Source: Octopus vulgaris (taxonomy: Eukaryota). Taken from it: a stretch of DNA of 64,000 bases. Location: contig OX597824.1 in the NCBI GenBank assembly GCA_951406725.2, positions 48,112,001-48,176,000 on the forward strand, written 5' to 3'. Shown piece after piece: positions 33,186 to 45,720 of the stretch. Under the pieces are notes generated by a model. That model was not told the DNA's origin and searched no databases. It was given only the letters and a program-made list of their open reading frames with translations. The translations under genes and the position numbers were made by a program. The stretch's first letter is position 1; every line of letters begins with the position of its first letter.

Positions 33186-34119
33186 TGTGTGTATCTTATA
33201 CACACTAAGGACACCAATGTTTTTATTAGTGTCCCTTCTTTGATTTCTGGCTCTCATATATCCTTTCTTTCACAATATATAATAATAATAATAATAATAT
33301 AAGCAATGAAATAAAATAATCTTGCAATAGAAAAGAAACAAGTTTAATTTCATTTAAGAGCCTATCTATTGACTTGTAAGTGCAACAGATGGTGTAAAAC
33401 AATGAGTTATTTAATAAAACATTGGAAAAAAGATTGTAAAAATGTTATTGGTCTGATTTAATTCATAAGTGGAATACACATGGGGGGGGGGGAGAAAATC
33501 CCTATTCATATTCACAGTTAAAAAAAAATCCACATTATTGCTTAGTATCTAAAAACATTAGTTTCCAGGAAGGTACTTCTGCTGTAATGTGAAATAAATA
33601 TGTTCCAGTCTTACACAATAAAACACAGCATTTTGGTTAATCTATGACATGTAGAAAATGAATAATTGAAGATTTTTAAAAATATAATATTCAAGTAATT
33701 GCACTGGTTTGATTGAAATTGTTATAAAACACTTGTTAAAAAAAAAGTTTTTTTATTTCAGAAATAATCAATTCTATTTCTTTATAATATTTTACAATTA
33801 TATTTTGTATTATTTTTATTCATTAAAAAATAACAAAAACAATTCAAGAATGTTCTGAAAATTCAGACAACTGTCTGAATTACAGAAGCAATGCCTACAG
33901 ATATATATTTATTCTAATTATATTAGCAACTCAGTTGAGCTGTATATTTATTATTTTAGTTTAGGACAATTAATATGCTTTGCCAAAGAGACCAACTGGA
34001 AGTTTTGATCAATGGTCCAGTACTTAGCCCATTTAGATTGATTGCATCTGTTTTTTTCAATATTTTTTATGAGAAAGAGAAAATAAGGTGAATCATAAAT
34101 AACTGTTAAGATAACTTAC

Positions 34120-34178
34120 CTAAACTATCAACTTTTGTTTGCACTCATGAGTCTTTAGCAAGGTTAATACATTGAAAT
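34120..34178 (-). other. Candidate exon (59 nt)
   Basis: Strong acceptor TTTCCTTTTTTTCCAG| and donor TAG|GTAAGT. Stops in all three frames, so UTR or non-coding if real. Confidence 0.45.
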
Positions 34179-34237
34179 CTGGAAAAAAAGGAAATCACAT
34201 ACACAAATTAGAAAAATATATTTCAATATAATACATT

Positions 34238-34452
34238 AATAATCCTTTTTAATACAAGTACAAAGCCTGAAATTTTGGGCAAGGGTTAGGGTTATGTAAT
34301 TGATTATCTCAACTGGTACTTATTTCATTGACCCTGAAAAGATGAAAGCAAAGTCAACCTTGGCAGAATTTGAACTCAGAACATAAAGACAAATGAAATA
34401 CTGCTAAGCATTTTGTCTGGCATGTTTACGATTTTTGCCAGCTTACCACCTT
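34238..34452 (-). mobile_element. SINE family S1
   Basis: Reverse complement of the 30759-30975 consensus. Confidence 0.85.
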
Positions 34453-34469
34453 ATATAACACATTAATAA

Positions 34470-34692
34470 TGGTTGTGGTTGAATTAGCAAGCTTGCAGAC
34501 TTGTTAGCATGCCGGGCAAAAAACTTAGCAGCATTTCATCTGTCTTTATCTTCTGAGTTCAAATTCTGTCAAGGTAGACTTGTTTCATCCTTCCAGGGTC
34601 GATAAATTAAGTATGAATTGAGGACTGAGTTTGATGTAATCAAGTAACCCCTCCCAGAAATTGGTGGCCTTGTGCCAAAATTTGAAACCAAC
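34470..34692 (+). mobile_element. SINE family S1, head-to-head with the previous copy; a further degenerate copy lies at ~34810-34980
   Basis: AGCAAGCTTGCAGACTTGTTAGCATGCCGGGC...GAGTTCAAATTC...GGCCTTGTGCCAAAATTTGAAACC. Confidence 0.85.
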
Positions 34693-35587
34693 AATGGTTG
34701 TGGTTTGATAAATATATCACATGAAGTTTAAACTGTTCAATTATGTTATTTCTGGAAAATTGTTTCAAAATATGAACACATTCATATGACCAGATTATAA
34801 TAAATAATGGGTGGGGATTAGAGGGCTGAACCCCAGGAAAAATACTTTGCAGTACTCTACTCCTTTACTTACAGAGTTCAAAACCTACTGAGGCTGACTT
34901 CACCTTTATCAACCTTCTGAGGCTGATAAAGTACCAGTTTAAGCATTGGGGTCGAGGCAATCAACTAAACCTCCCCTTTAAAGAAACTAAGCAAATTAAT
35001 TTGAAGCAAATTGATGAAAAGATAAATATATTGAAATGAATGAACAACATATTTGATAAATTGAATATATTTAATGTTTTTATTACCAAGTCATCTACTA
35101 TTGCCTATAATTGTAGGCTACCTAAGTGTCTGGCACCACCTGCATTGAAATATTCATACTTAAATGAAAATATTGATGTAAATATGGTCATTGCATAAAT
35201 GATAATAAATAATTTCACTAGCTAAAACATTTGCTACACATTGGCTGTCTTGTTAGGACACTTGCTTCCCAACTATATTGCTTTGGTTCAGTCCTACTGC
35301 ATGGTACATTGGGTAAATGTCTTTGTATCTTCTATTACTCTCCTGGGTTTGTTAGTAGATTTGGTTGATGGAAACTGAAAGAAGCTTGTCGTAGGTGAAT
35401 GTGGTACGTTTGCACCTTCTTGACTTCACATCACAATAGTTGTAAATATGTGTCACAATGAACCAAGTGGTGTCATCCATTTCCAGTCTTCTGTAAAAAT
35501 GTCCAGTCATGGAGAAATATTGCCTTATTTGGAAACAAATGAGAGTGGGCAAAAGAAGGACATCAAACCAAAGAAATTCTACCTTAT

Positions 35588-36672
35588 CCCTTTTGTTACT
35601 ATATTTCTGACCAAAATACACCCCTTATGTGTTTCAATTAATTTCTAACATAATCAAATTTAGTCTGGTTTCATTAAACAACTATAACTTTTTTATTTAT
35701 CAATATATTAACATGAATTTTGGAAGATAATTCAATGAAATGTTCTCAACCAATTCTATACTATAATTTTTGTCACAAAGTGACTCTAATTGCAGGTAGA
35801 TACAGGTAAATTCAACAAAATATAAAATTATTAAAATTTTGTTCAAACATCGCTATAGAAAATGGGTTATTAGCTAATATTCAATTGGGTATACAACAAA
35901 ATTTTATGATAGAATTTGTTATTGTGGGTAACTTTCTGATACCCATAATAATATTTATGGCAAAATAGTCTTAATTTCATTTAAGGTTGTTGGAAACCAC
36001 TAACTATCCTTTCTTTCGCTTTGATTACATTTAGCGTAACAGTTCGTTTCCGCCATAATGATTTCAAATAGGCTCATTTGAAAAAGTAAAAAGAAATAGT
36101 CTAAGGCTTTACTCTCCTGGGAAAGTCTGTGGCTTGGTTCAGTTTCTTCAGAAAAATCACCGAAAGAAACAGTTTTTAAATTTTCACTTGATTCAGGTGC
36201 TAATTCATTTTCTTTATCGCTGTCGGAGCTCTTGGATTCACTGTTTTCACTTTCAGAAAATGAAACATCAGATTCATTATCAAATACCACGTGCTTTTTT
36301 TTTTCAGTCATAGAATTAGATTTATCAAGGTCTTCAGTAGAAAATCCTTCAAATTCTGACTCGCTGCTTGATATAATGAAATTCATATCCATTTTTTGTC
36401 AGAATTACAAATTTTGAAAACACAATAGGAACAAATTTCGGAAAAAAATCTCCCAAAATTCACAGAATTAAAATTACACTTCGATCGTTGTACAAAACTG
36501 TAGATGAACTGTTTACGAAGTATAATCACGTGTTTTCACGAATGTACTAAAGAGATTTGCTCTGATATTCTCATTTAAACATGAATAGGTAAATACGGGC
36601 GGGTTTGGGCGGTTTGGTCACATTAACCAAAATTTTTTTCAGGTGGCTTTGGGCGGTTTGGTAACGAAAGGG
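35588..36672 (-). mobile_element. Internally deleted piggyBac transposon
   Basis: TTAT|CCCTTTTGTTAC ... GGTAACGAAAGGG|TTAA (TTAA target, one copy mutated). Subterminal GGGCGGTTTGGT repeats. Carries a transposase N-terminus. Confidence 0.85.
35960..36392 (-). pseudogene. piggyBac transposase N-terminal fragment
   Basis: Acidic S/D/E-rich N-terminus, then ALDYFFLLF...IIMAETNCYA...*WFPTTLNEIK, typical of the start of the piggyBac DDE_Tnp_1_7 domain. The catalytic core is missing. Confidence 0.8.
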
Positions 36673-37428
36673 TTAATAAATTCCATTTGACCTATGCAAT
36701 TATGGAAAAGTGGATGTTAAAACAATGCTGATGTTCAGCATTTCTAAACAAGAATTTTGTTTTCCAAATATTTCTGATATTTTTCCAAACCACCACCTCG
36801 TATTTCTATTATGTACTGTTCTGTTCTTTAAATTATGTAAAGCTAGAAAAGCTCTAGTTTCAGCAATAACGACCCTGAATTTGAATTTAATTTTTGAAAG
36901 CAGAAAATAGAACAAAAAAAATATATGTAAAAAATAACATATGGTGAACTTGAAACAGGATGTTTGAATATTCCAGTGTGTAAACACTGCTGGACAGCTG
37001 CAGTGAAAACAATGATTTCCAGAAAGAGAATGGTTTAAAGTATTTCTCTTTCAAACTTATCTGTTATCCCTCCAATTCTAGTATTTATCTTTTAAATTCC
37101 TGTAGTGCTTTATCTATGTAAATCTCTCAATCCTGTTAGAAATTAGATCTTGATGAAGCATAGTTATTCCAGTTAAAATTATAAAAATATAACTGCTGCT
37201 TAAATTTGAATAAAATTTGCTGTGGCAATTTATGTTTGTTGGTGAACATTGTGAATGTGGTTATTATCTTTCTCATGTTACTTTCACTTGCCAAAGTAGT
37301 TGAATACAGTTAAGTTGATTATACAAAGATCATTAGAAGTATATTTACATCCTTTCCTGTCTCAATGCTGAGTTTGTGCTCCAGTTAATATCTATCTTGG
37401 AAGTTGCAAAACTCCTATTAGAAAAAGA

Positions 37429-37633
37429 GGGCATGTAATGTATGTGAATGAAGATGGTTGCATGAAGAGATGCCAATCTCTAAATGTAGAGGGAACATGT
37501 GGAAGGAGTAGATCCAGGAAGACATTGGACAAAGTGGTGAGAAAGGATCTGCAGACGTTGGGGCTCACAGAAGGGATGATAAGGGACTGAGACTCCTGAC
37601 GGTTTGCTGTGCTTGAAAAGATGTCAAGCTAAG
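37429..37633 (+). pseudogene. RTE-clade LINE ORF C-terminal fragment
   Basis: GHVMYVNEDGCMKRCQSLNVEGTCGRSRSRKTLDKVVRKDLQTLGLTE resembles the RTE GHV.R...G.RGRPRKTW...V..DL motif. Confidence 0.75.
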
Positions 37634-39099
37634 TAATCAATTAAAGCTATTAAATTCTAACTCACTGGTTGGGGTATAAACTGCCATTATGGTTGAAAAT
37701 CAAAGTAAGAAAACATCTAGAGAAATTTATTTGATAAAAACAAAAACAAAAAAAATTCATGGTGCAAATAGGAAGTCTTTTGACAAGAAGTTCATTCTTA
37801 AATGATACTAAACTTTGTTTCTCACCCAGAAGCCTTAAACAACAATGCTATTAAAACTGTGGTTTCATGCATTTTAAAATTTAGTGACACCTGTGGATAT
37901 TTGTGGTATAGGGTTTTAAGAGCTATTATAATGCATCAGAGTCTATTTGTTACAGAAAATATAAACTTGAGGAAAGGACAAACTGGGTCATAACCAGGGT
38001 TTATTTACTAAAAATATGAGCATTTTAGTAAGCTTCCTAATATAATATTGGTAATAAATTCAATTAATATTTTACCTTTACTTACCAGTTATCAGAAGAT
38101 GAATTTCATAATAGACTTATGAGAGAAATATTTGTTTTATTTGAAACATCATATTGATATATTAATAAATAAAATGTGTCATAATTATTTTATGAAACCA
38201 GTCTAAACCACAATTATTGTGGAAATTAATTGAAAGACGTTGGGGTGTATTTTAGTTAGGTGTATAGTAATGAAAAGGTCAAAGGGTATTGATTTATGTG
38301 GAATCAGAAAATGTGTAAAGCAACAATACTATCTGAATGTATTTAATTATAACATCAGAATTTACAAGTGTTGTTTCTCTTAATTATTTGTACAGATATT
38401 TCTGCTTCTAATTCTTAAATGTGAGTTCAATGAATTACCTCTCCTAGTTATCTAATTATATTAACCATTTTGCTAACATTAAAAATAACAGGCTGAAAAT
38501 TTCACCAACATTTTCTTTTTTAAGTAATTAAAATGTAATTTCCATTTCAGCCAGTGAATATTATAAAGTTTGCTGATATATTATAAAATTCTGATTTTTC
38601 AAAGTAAATTACTTTTGTAAATTACATATTTGTAGATTAGAATATGGTTTTAATTTAAATTAATCTTCACTATCTCATTAACAAAATCTAATGGACATGT
38701 GATGTTTTACAAAATGCTGCTGATTAAATTAAATGATAATATTTGAATGAAGAAGTTAGTAATACAGATAGTTGCTTGAGTGTCTAATCTGTATCTTGTT
38801 TAACTAACAAATTTAAATTGCTTTTTCTGAACATCCCCACTCTTAAAAAAACAACAAAAAACAAAAACAAAATACACACTAAAAATTACAAGGAGTGAAA
38901 TTATGCTTCATAGAATATCTGAAAGGATCATACTAAATATTTAACAAATTTATTGGTATACCACTCTCTCATATGAGAAATCCAAAACCTGTAGACACGC
39001 TACTTATTTTATTCCAAATCTCTCCATGCTCCATCATTTTGTACTTTACACTTTCTATTAGCAGAATTAGTATTCATAATCAACTGTCTGTTCCATTTC

Positions 39100-40320
39100 T
39101 TGGTGGTTATGGACAACCTGGTTTGCATATTCATCTGTTTGGTAGGTAATTAGGAGTCAGGTGGTTGGCAGGTTTCCTGAAGTTAGCATTGCAAATGGTT
39201 AGGAGCCTTGATCTCTCTTCATTCCATGTATCATAACCTCCATGGATACTGGAGCAGCCATCACAGTGCTATGCAATATGTCCATTAAAGCCATTAGCTG
39301 AAGTAATGAAGCTGCTGTCATTTGTTATCCAGGTACTCTATAGAAATAGTCCTTTTTGTTTATGTGTTAGTCCTTATTGGAAAGACATAAAGAGATCACT
39401 TTTGATGTTGTATTACCTATTAGTTTAAATTTAACTTTTCTCACATTTCCTTAATATCAGTTGCTCTTGCTATCCATTGTTCTTTGCTGGTGAAGACATT
39501 GGTCAAACCCCACCCTCTATTCTGCACAGTATACATCTACTTACATCCACATAAACATCTTTGCAATTTCTCCTAAACTACTTTCTACTGTGCCAATGTT
39601 GACTGTAGCAGCCAAGAAATTTTGTAAGAATAAAGTTCCCAGTCATGGTTAGGTTGTTTCACCTCTGTTTTCTACATTAAAAAAGTAGAAAGTTGGTGCA
39701 ATCATTTGATAATGGTCAAAAGCTTCTCACGCATCGTCAAATATTCCCACCTGACTACTTCACTACAGTGAGCAGTATTGACATAGTGAATGATTGTCCT
39801 GTATACTCAATTAGAAATTTTCACTGCATTCGTGATTGTCATGATTTTGGCTTGGTTTCATTGGTGGGATGCTGTTCCTATCTCCATCCACTTTACAGTA
39901 TAGTTTGGATGCATTCTAGCAAGCCACCCACTCTAGAGAAGTTGCCTTTCAAGTCTAAAATGTTCTCTCTATACACTGTCAGTTTGTAGAGTTACTGTTT
40001 TTCTAGGCAGGTTGCCTTTGCTACAACTTTTAGAATTATTTTCTCCTCTGTCCAGATTTTTAATTCAGTTACTACTCTCCTAGGCAGGCTACCTTTACTG
40101 TAGTTTTCCAAGTCTATATTCCACTCTGTAGAAATACTCTAGTTAGGTTGCCTTTAATATGACTGAAGAACTATGTTCCAAGGCACTCTAGTCAGGACCA
40201 CTCGTGTGATCACATAAAATTTCTCACTGTCAGGATAAAGTAATGGCAGCTGGTCATACTTAAGACAGAAAGTGTTCGTAGTGGGCAAGCTCATGTTACT
40301 GAGCAACTGCATTTACTAAG
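39100..40320 (-). pseudogene. Decayed 5' portion of an RTE-clade LINE (5' UTR repeats + APE start)
   Basis: The minus strand at ~39520-39620 reads AATVNIGTVESSLGEIAKMF...VDVYCA, like RTE GTLNVGT...EI..M...VDVCCVQE. Upstream are repeated AAAGGCAACCTGCCTAG units (39940-40160). Confidence 0.5.
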
Positions 40321-40922
40321 TGAGACAGCATGTTAGTGTAAGTAGATAAAGAGATAATTGTTTAAGCTTAATTTAATATCATGTCTCTGTGTTGTGATCT
40401 ATATTAATCTGTGATATTGTCTTTTATCACAATGAGCTTCAAAGAATACATAAAAAAAAAAGAGAAACAAACTGTCCGTATGTCTTCCTTGTCTGTAGGC
40501 TTGAGAGAGAGCTAGTTAGAAGTAAGAGAGAGAAGAAAATCTAGTTTAAATACATAAATAATTATTGTCTTAGCATAATTTGTATCATGTCTGTGTTGCC
40601 ATCCATAATAATCTGTAATATCATCATTTATTCTCCAGAATACATAAAAAAAAAGAGAAAAACATCCCACATATGTGTATTTACAAAATTATTTTATTAC
40701 TCTGTTAATTTGCAGAAAAATTCAGTTACTATTCAAAACATCAAAATAATTGTAGCAAAACAATATTGTAGTCCAGTCAACCTTGTTTGGATACCGAATT
40801 AAATTATGGTACTGATGAAGAAATGTTAATAATGCATAATTACTCAGTTTGAAACATCAAACCATGTGTGACTCTAGCACATGATCTAACTTTTATTTTA
40901 GCTTTGAACATATTTTTAGGTC

Positions 40923-40984
40923 AGCCTATATTATGTACTATTTTATTAGTAATAGCCTATATTATGTACTATTTTATTTGTAAT
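40923..40984. repeat. 31-bp tandem duplication
   Basis: AGCCTATATTATGTACTATTTTATT(A/T)GTAAT occurs twice. Confidence 0.9.
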
Positions 40985-42636
40985 GGTAAACAGTAGTGAC
41001 ACACATACAATCCATTCATGACCTGCACAACACAAAGGCACCAGTTGCATTAAGTGTTCATAGAAACTAGTTTTACCTAAGAAATCTTTTGAAGTTACAT
41101 ATTATTTAGAATAAGCATTAGGAGTTAAAAAAAAAAGTCCTATTTCCAACTGACATACAGTAATTATTAGGCATCATTACATTTAAAAGGAATGGGAATA
41201 TGTAAAAGACAAAGAAAAAGAAAGCAAAAATGAAACTGATTCTGTGAACACTCCATTACTGAAGGCATCAATGTTAGAAATAAATATTGCATTTAATATA
41301 TAACACAATATACTCTGAGAGCAGGAAAAAAGTTATAGCTTAGTGTTTAAAAACAGCTTTTCATATCTATGAAAGAAGATTTCTATCATCTCAAAATATC
41401 AAATTACAGAATAATCAAGAAGATTAAATATTGATCAGCATAATCTAAATGCATGTAATTGTAAACTCTTACATTAGTCTCAGTTTTTTTTTCTTTTTCT
41501 TTTGAGAAGCAGTAGTGTTGCATTATTTCATCATTAAAAAAAAAAAAAAAAATTACAGAAGCTTTTAAACAGTGTTCAATAAAGAATAATTCCAGAATTG
41601 CCAGTAACTGTAATGATTGCAGTTTAGACAAAATAAAGTAGGAGTTTCAGGCAAATTCTATTAGAATCAATATTTGTGACTTTTTTCTTTCTCTCTTTTA
41701 TTTTTTACAAATAACACTGACTACCCCTACACCACAAAAAAGAAATGTCTTTAATGTTTATGATTGCAGTAAATAACAGAAGTTACAAAACAAACAAAAA
41801 TCATAATTAAAAACCAGATTTATTCTCTACTTAGGTTTCTATTTTCCTCAGGTTACCTGATTTCTCATAATGTTATTTTGAATTAATGGCAAGTTAAAAT
41901 GTTAACCTCAAGAGAGGAATTTTTAATTTTTTTCTGACCAGTGATATTTAATTGTCAATTAAAGTGCTTGTAGAACTGGAGTAAAGAATATTGTTGTGAA
42001 ACAAGAACACAAATCAGAGGCAGCAAATATCCTTAGATATTAATACCCTCCAAAGGAATCAGGTGAAGATGCTATTGTTGCTTTTGATGAATTAAATCTG
42101 CAGCTGAATAAAATGGAACAAAAAGCAACAAAAAATAATTCTATTTCAGAAGAAGGCTTAATTGAATCTATACTGCTAAATTTAACCATCAGTGAAACTA
42201 GAAACAAAAAATAAGGTAACAATAAAAAAATAACCCTCAAAATTTTATCTTTGTAAGAAATAAACTAATTAGATTTTGTTGACAGGATGTGAATTATGGC
42301 TATGAAGATCATCATTTGAATTGTTAACAAAAGAAAATAGTTTAGTTCTATAATTATACCAAAAGATAGGTAATATATCAAGATACATGAAATTTTAAGA
42401 TAAAAATATGGTTTATATTTAGTGAGTGATCAATAATAGTTAGTCCTGATTGCACTAGTTATTTGATATCACTACTTCAAATATAGGTGGACTCAAGTGG
42501 ATACGGTTTTGACTAGTAGCAACTATTGATTCTATTTAAATTAACAGCAGGGTAAGGAGAAATACAATAGCTTTTATGAAATGCCAAAAGAATTTACGTC
42601 AAATTTTGTACAGATAAATAGCAGCAGAAATCTTAA

Positions 42637-42817
42637 CCCTTTTGTTAGCATATTTCTGTTGAAATACACTGCATTTATTTCAATTAATTTTGAAAATGAA
42701 GAATTTAGTGAAAAAACGCTTTGTCAATATTAAGCTGGCATTTTGTACTTTAATATGAAATTTTGATGGAGGTTTATATGATACAATTGGAAGTGGTCTT
42801 AGGTGGTATCAAAAAGG
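42637..42817. mobile_element. piggyBac-derived MITE (family 1)
   Basis: TTAA|CCCTTTTGTTAGC ... GGTATCAAAAAGG|TTAA. Confidence 0.75.
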
Positions 42818-42939
42818 TTAAATTTAATACAATAGGGAGTTAGCTACAAGAGGATCATATCAGTTTCTCTGAGATATTGGATTAGATAAATCTGTGAATT
42901 ATTTCTCAACTTGCCTTTTTTTTTTTTTTGATCTTAATA

Positions 42940-43110
42940 CTGATTTCAAATTTTGGCACAAGGTCAGCAATTTCAGGGGAGGGGATAAGTCAGTTACATT
43001 GACCCTGAAAGGATGAAAGGTAAAGTTGACCTTAGCAGAATTTGAACTCAGATGGATGAAATGTCGCTAAGCATTTTGTCCGGCATGGTAACAATTCTGC
43101 CAGCTCACCA
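42940..43110 (-). mobile_element. SINE family S1 (internally deleted)
   Basis: TTTCAAATTTTGGCACAAGG...GACCCTGAAAGGATGAAAGG...GAATTTGAACTC...CTGCCAGCTCACC. Confidence 0.8.
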
Positions 43111-43607
43111 TTTTATTTGGCCTTGATATTGGCTACCTCTTAACAGCATAAGAAACAGAATGGTGAATTTATATTTAAATGAAATGCAAGCAAGCATGAG
43201 TTATATATATACACAGAAGCAGCCATCACTAGATCTTCCTCAGAAATCTCTTTATTGCCCTAACACAATAGAAAAGTAATATACTTAGGGAAAAAAAATG
43301 CCGCAATTCTTAGATTTGCATTAAGTGGTTGTACTAATTGAGTGGCAGTGTAAATAAAAAAGGTATGGTTAATTCTTTGCTCAATCTTGCTAGAAATATA
43401 CTAATATACTTGTGTGAAACATACTATATTGATCATTGCCAGAATATTGATTTTCCTATTGGTCCAGGGTTTTATGAGAATTCAAAATGTATATACTTGA
43501 ACTGGTATATTTCCTTTACAAAGATTCAACATTGCAATTGTAATGGTTTATACATTCTACTCAGTTAAACTTTTTAATCATCTCGTTTCACTTTGCTACA
43601 ATGTATT

Positions 43608-43734
43608 CGGCAGACATGGTTATGTGGTTAAGAAATTCACAGTCCAACTACATAGTTTCATGTTTCAATCCTATTGTGTGATACTATAGGCAAGTGTCTT
43701 CCACCAAAGCCTTGTAAGAAGACTTGTTAGACAG

Positions 43735-43779
<45 letters not shown>

Positions 43780-44156
43780 TTGTCATCATTTGACATTCCC
43801 ATTTCCATGCTGGCATGGTTCCTACAGCTCGATGCCCTTCCTAATGCCAACCACTTAAGAGTGTACTGGGTACTTTTTACATGGTACCAGCACCGGTGAG
43901 GTCACCAAGTACCTACAATATAAAACTCTTCAATTGTGTGTGTATGCATTTCTTTGACATAACAACATGATGGTTGTAAATGAGTGTCACTGTTCTATAA
44001 GTGGTGCCATTCATTATCAGTGTTTTGTAAAACCATATCCAGCTATGGGGAAGTATAACCTTGCTTGATTCTTGGTGATAGGAAGAGAATTAAGCTGTTA
44101 AAAATCTGTCTCAGTGAATTCTGCCTGGCCCATGCATGCATGGAAACATAGATGAT
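43608..44156 (+). mobile_element. CORE-like SINE with an internal (TA)n and a nested opposite-strand RTE-tail fragment (~43780-43925)
   Basis: Head GGCAGACATGGTTATGTGGTTAAGAA...GTTTCAATCC...GGCAAGTGTCTT; tail CCCATGCATGCATGGAAA..GATGAT. Confidence 0.6.
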
Positions 44157-44311
44157 ACACACACACATAACACAGTAGTCGACACTGGAGAAGTCTATCC
44201 TTAAACATCTGTACAATGCCCAGTTTGACCAGCTTCAACAATATAAAATAGCTACAGCATAAAACCAGAATGCCTCTTATGAATTAGTAAAAAAGAATAT
44301 TTGTTTATATA

Positions 44312-44826
44312 GAAATTGAAATCGAATTGAACCAGCCAGGATCCCTGGTCTGGTGGTACGTAAAAAGCACTATCCGACTCGTGGCCGTGGCACGTAAAAT
44401 ACTCCAATGCGACCGTACGACAGGCACCCATGCCAACCCCTTTGCTTGTGAAGACATGTTGGGGCAAGCGAAATCGAAATCGAATTGAACCAGCCAGGAT
44501 CCCTGGTCTGGTGGTACGTAAAAAGCACTATCCGACTCGTGGCCGATGCCAGCACCGCCTCGACTGGCTTCCGTGCCGGTGGCACATAAAATACACCAAT
44601 CTGACCGTGGCCGTTGCCAGCCTCGCCTGGCACCTGTGCAGGTGGCACGTAAAAAGCACCCACGACACTCACGGAGTGGTTGGCGTTAGGAAGGGCATCC
44701 AGCTGTAGAAACATTGCCAGATTAGACTGGAGCCTGGTGCAGCCTTCTGGCTTCCCAGAACCCCGGTCGAACCGTCCAACCCATGCTAGCATGGAGAACG
44801 GACGTTAAACGATGATGATGATGATA
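44312..44826 (+). mobile_element. Young RTE LINE 3' UTR copy with an internal direct duplication and a (GAT)n tail
   Basis: CpG-rich, little decayed. Direct repeat 44312-44387 / 44470-44546. Ends GCTAGCATGGAGAACGGACGTTAAACGATGATGATGATGAT. Confidence 0.8.
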
Positions 44827-45139
44827 GAATATAAACGCTAATTTTATTTAATTAAAACTTTTCGGCTCATTACCTCAACTACAATAAATCTTTACCATAA
44901 GTCTTCTTAATTGTTGTGTAAATATTAATAGCACCATGACTTTCAAAGAATTATGCTCTGCTAATCTGCTTTTCACTCACATCTCAATTTTTCTTCAGAA
45001 TCACTTCATAACAGTTATCAAATTTTATATGCTTGTCCCTTTCAACACTTCGCATAAAGCCACCTCCCCTCGACTTAGTAACGAAAGTTTTCCCTTTTAC
45101 CTAGTTCTTTTTTTTTATCAGGCAAGTGACTTATCAGTC

Positions 45140-45315
45140 TCACTAGTGATGTTGGCACAAAAAAAAAAAAAATATGAATCATGTGGTTGGTGTTAGGAAG
45201 AACATCAAGCCATAGGAATATGCCAAAGCTGACAGTGGAACTTGCTGCAGCCCTGTGACTCATTGCATCTGGTCAGACTGTCAGCATAGAAAATGGATAT
45301 TAAATGATGATGATA
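45140..45315 (+). mobile_element. Degenerate RTE-type tail
   Basis: GTGGTTGGTGTTAGGAAGAACATC...GAAAATGGATATTAAATGATGATGAT. Confidence 0.6.
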
Positions 45316-45598
45316 AATTTATACATATCTGTAGTTCTTCCATCAATTCTATAATGAGATTCATAGACAAAAGAACCTGCCTAAAATACTAGAAATCATG
45401 TCCCCTCTCCTCATCTCCCTTATGGCATATATTCCTTTTTTTGTGAGTTTTATTTACTGATAATTCATAATACCAGTTAGGATCCTGAAGATTCTGGCTG
45501 GTATTATATTAATTCTGGAAATTCATGGGGTTCCTACAATATGTTCTTCCCCGAGGCACTTTAAAGTGATCAATTGTTTTGTACACACATACACATGC

Positions 45599-45719
45599 TT
45601 TTTTTTTTTTTTACTTAAAATGTTATTATAAAAGGAACTAACACGTGTACACATACACACATGTGTATGTGTACATGTGTTAGTTTCTTTTATAATAACA
45701 TTTTAAGTAAAAAAAAAAA
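45599..45719. repeat. ~120-bp near-perfect palindrome (2-nt loop)
   Basis: (T)n-ACTTAAAATGTTATTATAAAAGGAACTAACACGTGTACACATACACA-ca-TGTGTATGTGTACATGTGTTAGTTTCTTTTATAATAACATTTTAAGT-(A)n, with two mismatches. Confidence 0.92.
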
Positions 45720-45720
45720 G

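Larger units (their letters stand above)
35240..36735 (+). mobile_element. tRNA-head, CORE-like SINE with RTE-type tail, interrupted by the piggyBac insertion at 35588-36672
   Basis: Head TGGCTGTCTTGTTAGGACACTTGC...GGTTCAGTCC. The body resumes after the piggyBac as TAAATTCCATTTGACCTATGCAATTATGGAAAAGTGGATGTTAAA. Confidence 0.65.

Noticed and set aside
40378-40660. Degenerate ~90-bp direct repeat (ATCATGTCT...AGAATACATAAAAAAAAAGAGAAA) as possible LTRs
   Set aside because: Too short and diverged, with no TG...CA ends, primer-binding site or internal coding remnant; likely an old local duplication.
42030-42215. Protein-like + strand stretch (ESGEDAIVAFDELNLQLNKMEQK...)
   Set aside because: Short, with no start codon or convincing splice sites and no recognisable family; cannot be supported.
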